This document shows positions 62,383 through 64,000 of a stretch of DNA of 64,000 nucleotides, piece after piece (the first letter of the stretch is position 1; each line of letters starts with the position of its first letter). Source of the DNA: Felixounavirus LF82P2; the sequence record OZ035741.1; one strand, given 5' to 3'. The translations under genes and the position numbers were made by a program. The notes beneath the pieces are model-generated. The model was not told the DNA's origin. It saw only the letters and a list, made by a program, of their open reading frames with translations, and did no database searches.

Positions 62383-62545
62383 GGGTGATAAGTACACCCA
62401 AGAAGAATCACGGTATATCATCAAAGGCAACACAGGCAGCGATGTAGCAGCAGCCCTTGAGTTCTATCGTGACGGCTTTTACCAGTGCACAATCAAAGCT
62501 AACAACCTTATTGACATGATTTTATTAGGGAATAAGCAGCAATGA
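62276..62545 (+). CDS. o-spanin-like lipoprotein (Rz1-like), overlapping i-spanin gene
   Basis: signal plus lipobox MKKLSQSFIMFVLLITMSG-C; starts inside the 62035-62382 ORF in a different frame; atypical for Rz1 (89 aa, not Pro-rich). Confidence 0.35.
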   Translation: MKKLSQSFIMFVLLITMSGCSTNKVSSTFKNSQVSEGDKYTQEESRYIIKGNTGSDVAAALEFYRDGFYQCTIKANNLIDMILLGNKQQ

Positions 62546-62811
62546 CAGAGAATCAAGATACTTTTTACGTAGAAGGGTACTTACTGTTACCACGACCAAA
62601 AGAGACTTATATGCGAATTGATTTCTCACCAACCATTATGGATAATGTGATGTGCCATATCTTTATGCAAGGTGTCACAGCACAGCTTAAACATGTTGGT
62701 AAAGAGTGCAAAATAAAGGTTGACACTCATCCAGAAATCAAAGAGAATCACTACACATGGTTCTTACCAGATTCTAAAGAAATCTTAGCAGTTCTTAAAA
62801 CGAGGAAGTAA
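62542..62811 (+). CDS. hypothetical protein
   Basis: 89 aa ORF. Confidence 0.3.
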   Translation: MTENQDTFYVEGYLLLPRPKETYMRIDFSPTIMDNVMCHIFMQGVTAQLKHVGKECKIKVDTHPEIKENHYTWFLPDSKEILAVLKTRK

Positions 62812-62813
62812 CT

Positions 62814-63140
62814 ATGCAGATTAATGGAAGAGACTTTGTAGCCGTTTACTATGAGAAAGGTAAAGAAGTTGGCGTAGCACAAGTATCTTATGGCAATGGT
62901 AAGTGGCTATATGGAACAATCGCAGTAGTAGGAACAAGAAGTGATACAAAAACCTTTAAAGATTGTGTTGACCTTCTTGAAGAATCCATCCAGAATCATT
63001 GGTGTCTGATATGGATGACTGATAACGAAGTGATGGAGCGTTTCAAAAAGATTGATATCAACATTGACAGTATTGAGCATGTTGATTTATATGAACTAAC
63101 TGAGAAGGTAAACTATGAAAGTAATACTAGCCAGAGATAA
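62814..63140 (+). CDS. hypothetical protein
   Basis: 108 aa ORF. Confidence 0.3.
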   Translation: MQINGRDFVAVYYEKGKEVGVAQVSYGNGKWLYGTIAVVGTRSDTKTFKDCVDLLEESIQNHWCLIWMTDNEVMERFKKIDINIDSIEHVDLYELTEKVNYESNTSQR

Positions 63141-63342
63141 AAAGACACGAAAACTTATAAGGTCAGCAGTATTCATTGGACGAAATGAGGTCATCCCATT
63201 TACAGCAAATGATGTGATAGCTTACAGGAAGAACTTAGTATTCACTGACTGCTTACGTGGCTTCATCTCTGAACCATTGGAAGACTTTAAAAGTCGTTGT
63301 GGTAAAGGTATCATCATTCAAGAGGCAATTATTCATGGCTGA
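63115..63342 (+). CDS. hypothetical protein
   Basis: 75 aa ORF. Confidence 0.25.
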   Translation: MKVILARDKKTRKLIRSAVFIGRNEVIPFTANDVIAYRKNLVFTDCLRGFISEPLEDFKSRCGKGIIIQEAIIHG

Positions 63343-63535
63343 CTTCTGTAAAGACTGTTCTATCGAAATGTTCGGACGTGATACAGGTGACTTAAAAGGT
63401 CTTATCACTGAAGATGATTTTAAAGCTGGTTATGCAATGCCAGTAATCTGTGAAGGTTGTGGGTGCATCTGGGTAGACCATGAGGGGCAACGTGTAAAAC
63501 CTTCAGAAGATAAAGAATCTTGGGAGAGATGCTAA
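63335..63535 (+). CDS. small Cys-rich (zinc-binding) protein
   Basis: internal ATG 63335 (MADFCKDCS...); CKDC ... CEGCGC pattern; track ORF starts at 63257. Confidence 0.3.
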   Translation: MADFCKDCSIEMFGRDTGDLKGLITEDDFKAGYAMPVICEGCGCIWVDHEGQRVKPSEDKESWERC

Positions 63536-64000
63536 ATGGGTATTGTAAAAATCATCAATGGTGATATCTTTGCTGCATTTGATAAAGGTAAGTTTGACAT
63601 CATTGGTCATGGTTGTAACTGCATGAACCTAATGGGCGCAGGTATCGCTGACAAGATTTCTAAACTTTACCCAAAAGCATATGAGACCGATACAGAAGTT
63701 TATCTCTATGCAGGTGGTATAGGTCACAAACCCTGTGAGAATTTACTAGGTAATTTCTCTGTAGCACGCTTAAAACAAGGTCGTATAGCTAACCTTTACA
63801 CTCAGCTTAAGACTGGTAAAGATGCCCGATACAGTGCTTTAGAGTCATCTTTGAAACAGCTTAACAGATACTGTGAAGTTAATCAGTTGAAGAAAGTTGG
63901 TTTACCTATGATTGGTGCAGGTATCGGTGGACTTGACCCTCAAGCCATCACAGTTATCATCAATCAGGTGATGAAGAGTGTAGATGTTTATCTGTATGTC
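63536..64000 (+). CDS. macrodomain protein, TARG1/DarG-like (3' partial, runs off window)
   Basis: ATG 63536, no stop before window end; translation MGIVKIINGDIFAAFDKGKFDIIGHGCNCMNLMGAGIADKI ... VGLPMIGAGIGGLDPQAI parallels TARG1-type macrodomain motifs (HCIS.D.RMGAGIA and MPRIGCGLDRL). Confidence 0.55.
   Translation, partial: MGIVKIINGDIFAAFDKGKFDIIGHGCNCMNLMGAGIADKISKLYPKAYETDTEVYLYAGGIGHKPCENLLGNFSVARLKQGRIANLYTQLKTGKDARYSALESSLKQLNRYCEVNQLKKVGLPMIGAGIGGLDPQAITVIINQVMKSVDVYLYV

Overview
The window is a contiguous piece of a tailed dsDNA phage genome with contractile-tail (myovirus-like) architecture; it is AT-rich and has no integrase or repressor-type lysogeny module, so it is probably virulent. 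Gene content resembles Felix O1-like phages, but that is inference from memory, not a search. Layout: (1) 1-23.6 kb, + strand morphogenesis module: terminase large subunit, portal, protease-scaffold fusion, major capsid, sheath, tube, tail chaperone pair with a candidate -1 frameshift, tape measure, baseplate, two tail fibres with HxH-rich tips. (2) 23.6-33.1 kb, - strand early/accessory block: thymidylate synthase, DHFR, small ORFs including an HTH regulator, a secreted protein and a lipoprotein, a strongly G-depleted degenerate tandem-repeat region, ATP-dependent DNA ligase, HNH endonuclease, family A DNA polymerase. (3) 33.4-64 kb, + strand replication and nucleotide metabolism: dNMP kinase, primase-helicase, SSB, FEN-like nuclease, homing endonucleases, MazG-like, nrdA/nrdB/glutaredoxin, nrdD/nrdG, a Prs-like plus NAMPT-like pair, rIIA/rIIB-like, a candidate lysis cassette, and a TARG1/DarG-like macrodomain ORF running off the 3' edge. 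The strongest candidates for counter-defence are the Prs-like/NAMPT-like pair (NAD+ reconstitution) and the macrodomain; the most unexplained sequence is the G-depleted repeat region at 27.19-27.43 kb. No tRNA, rRNA or CRISPR array was found. All protein calls rest on motifs read by eye from the translations plus synteny; no database search was run. Several ORF-track starts are TTG/GTG codons and were moved to a nearby ATG with an RBS where I checked.
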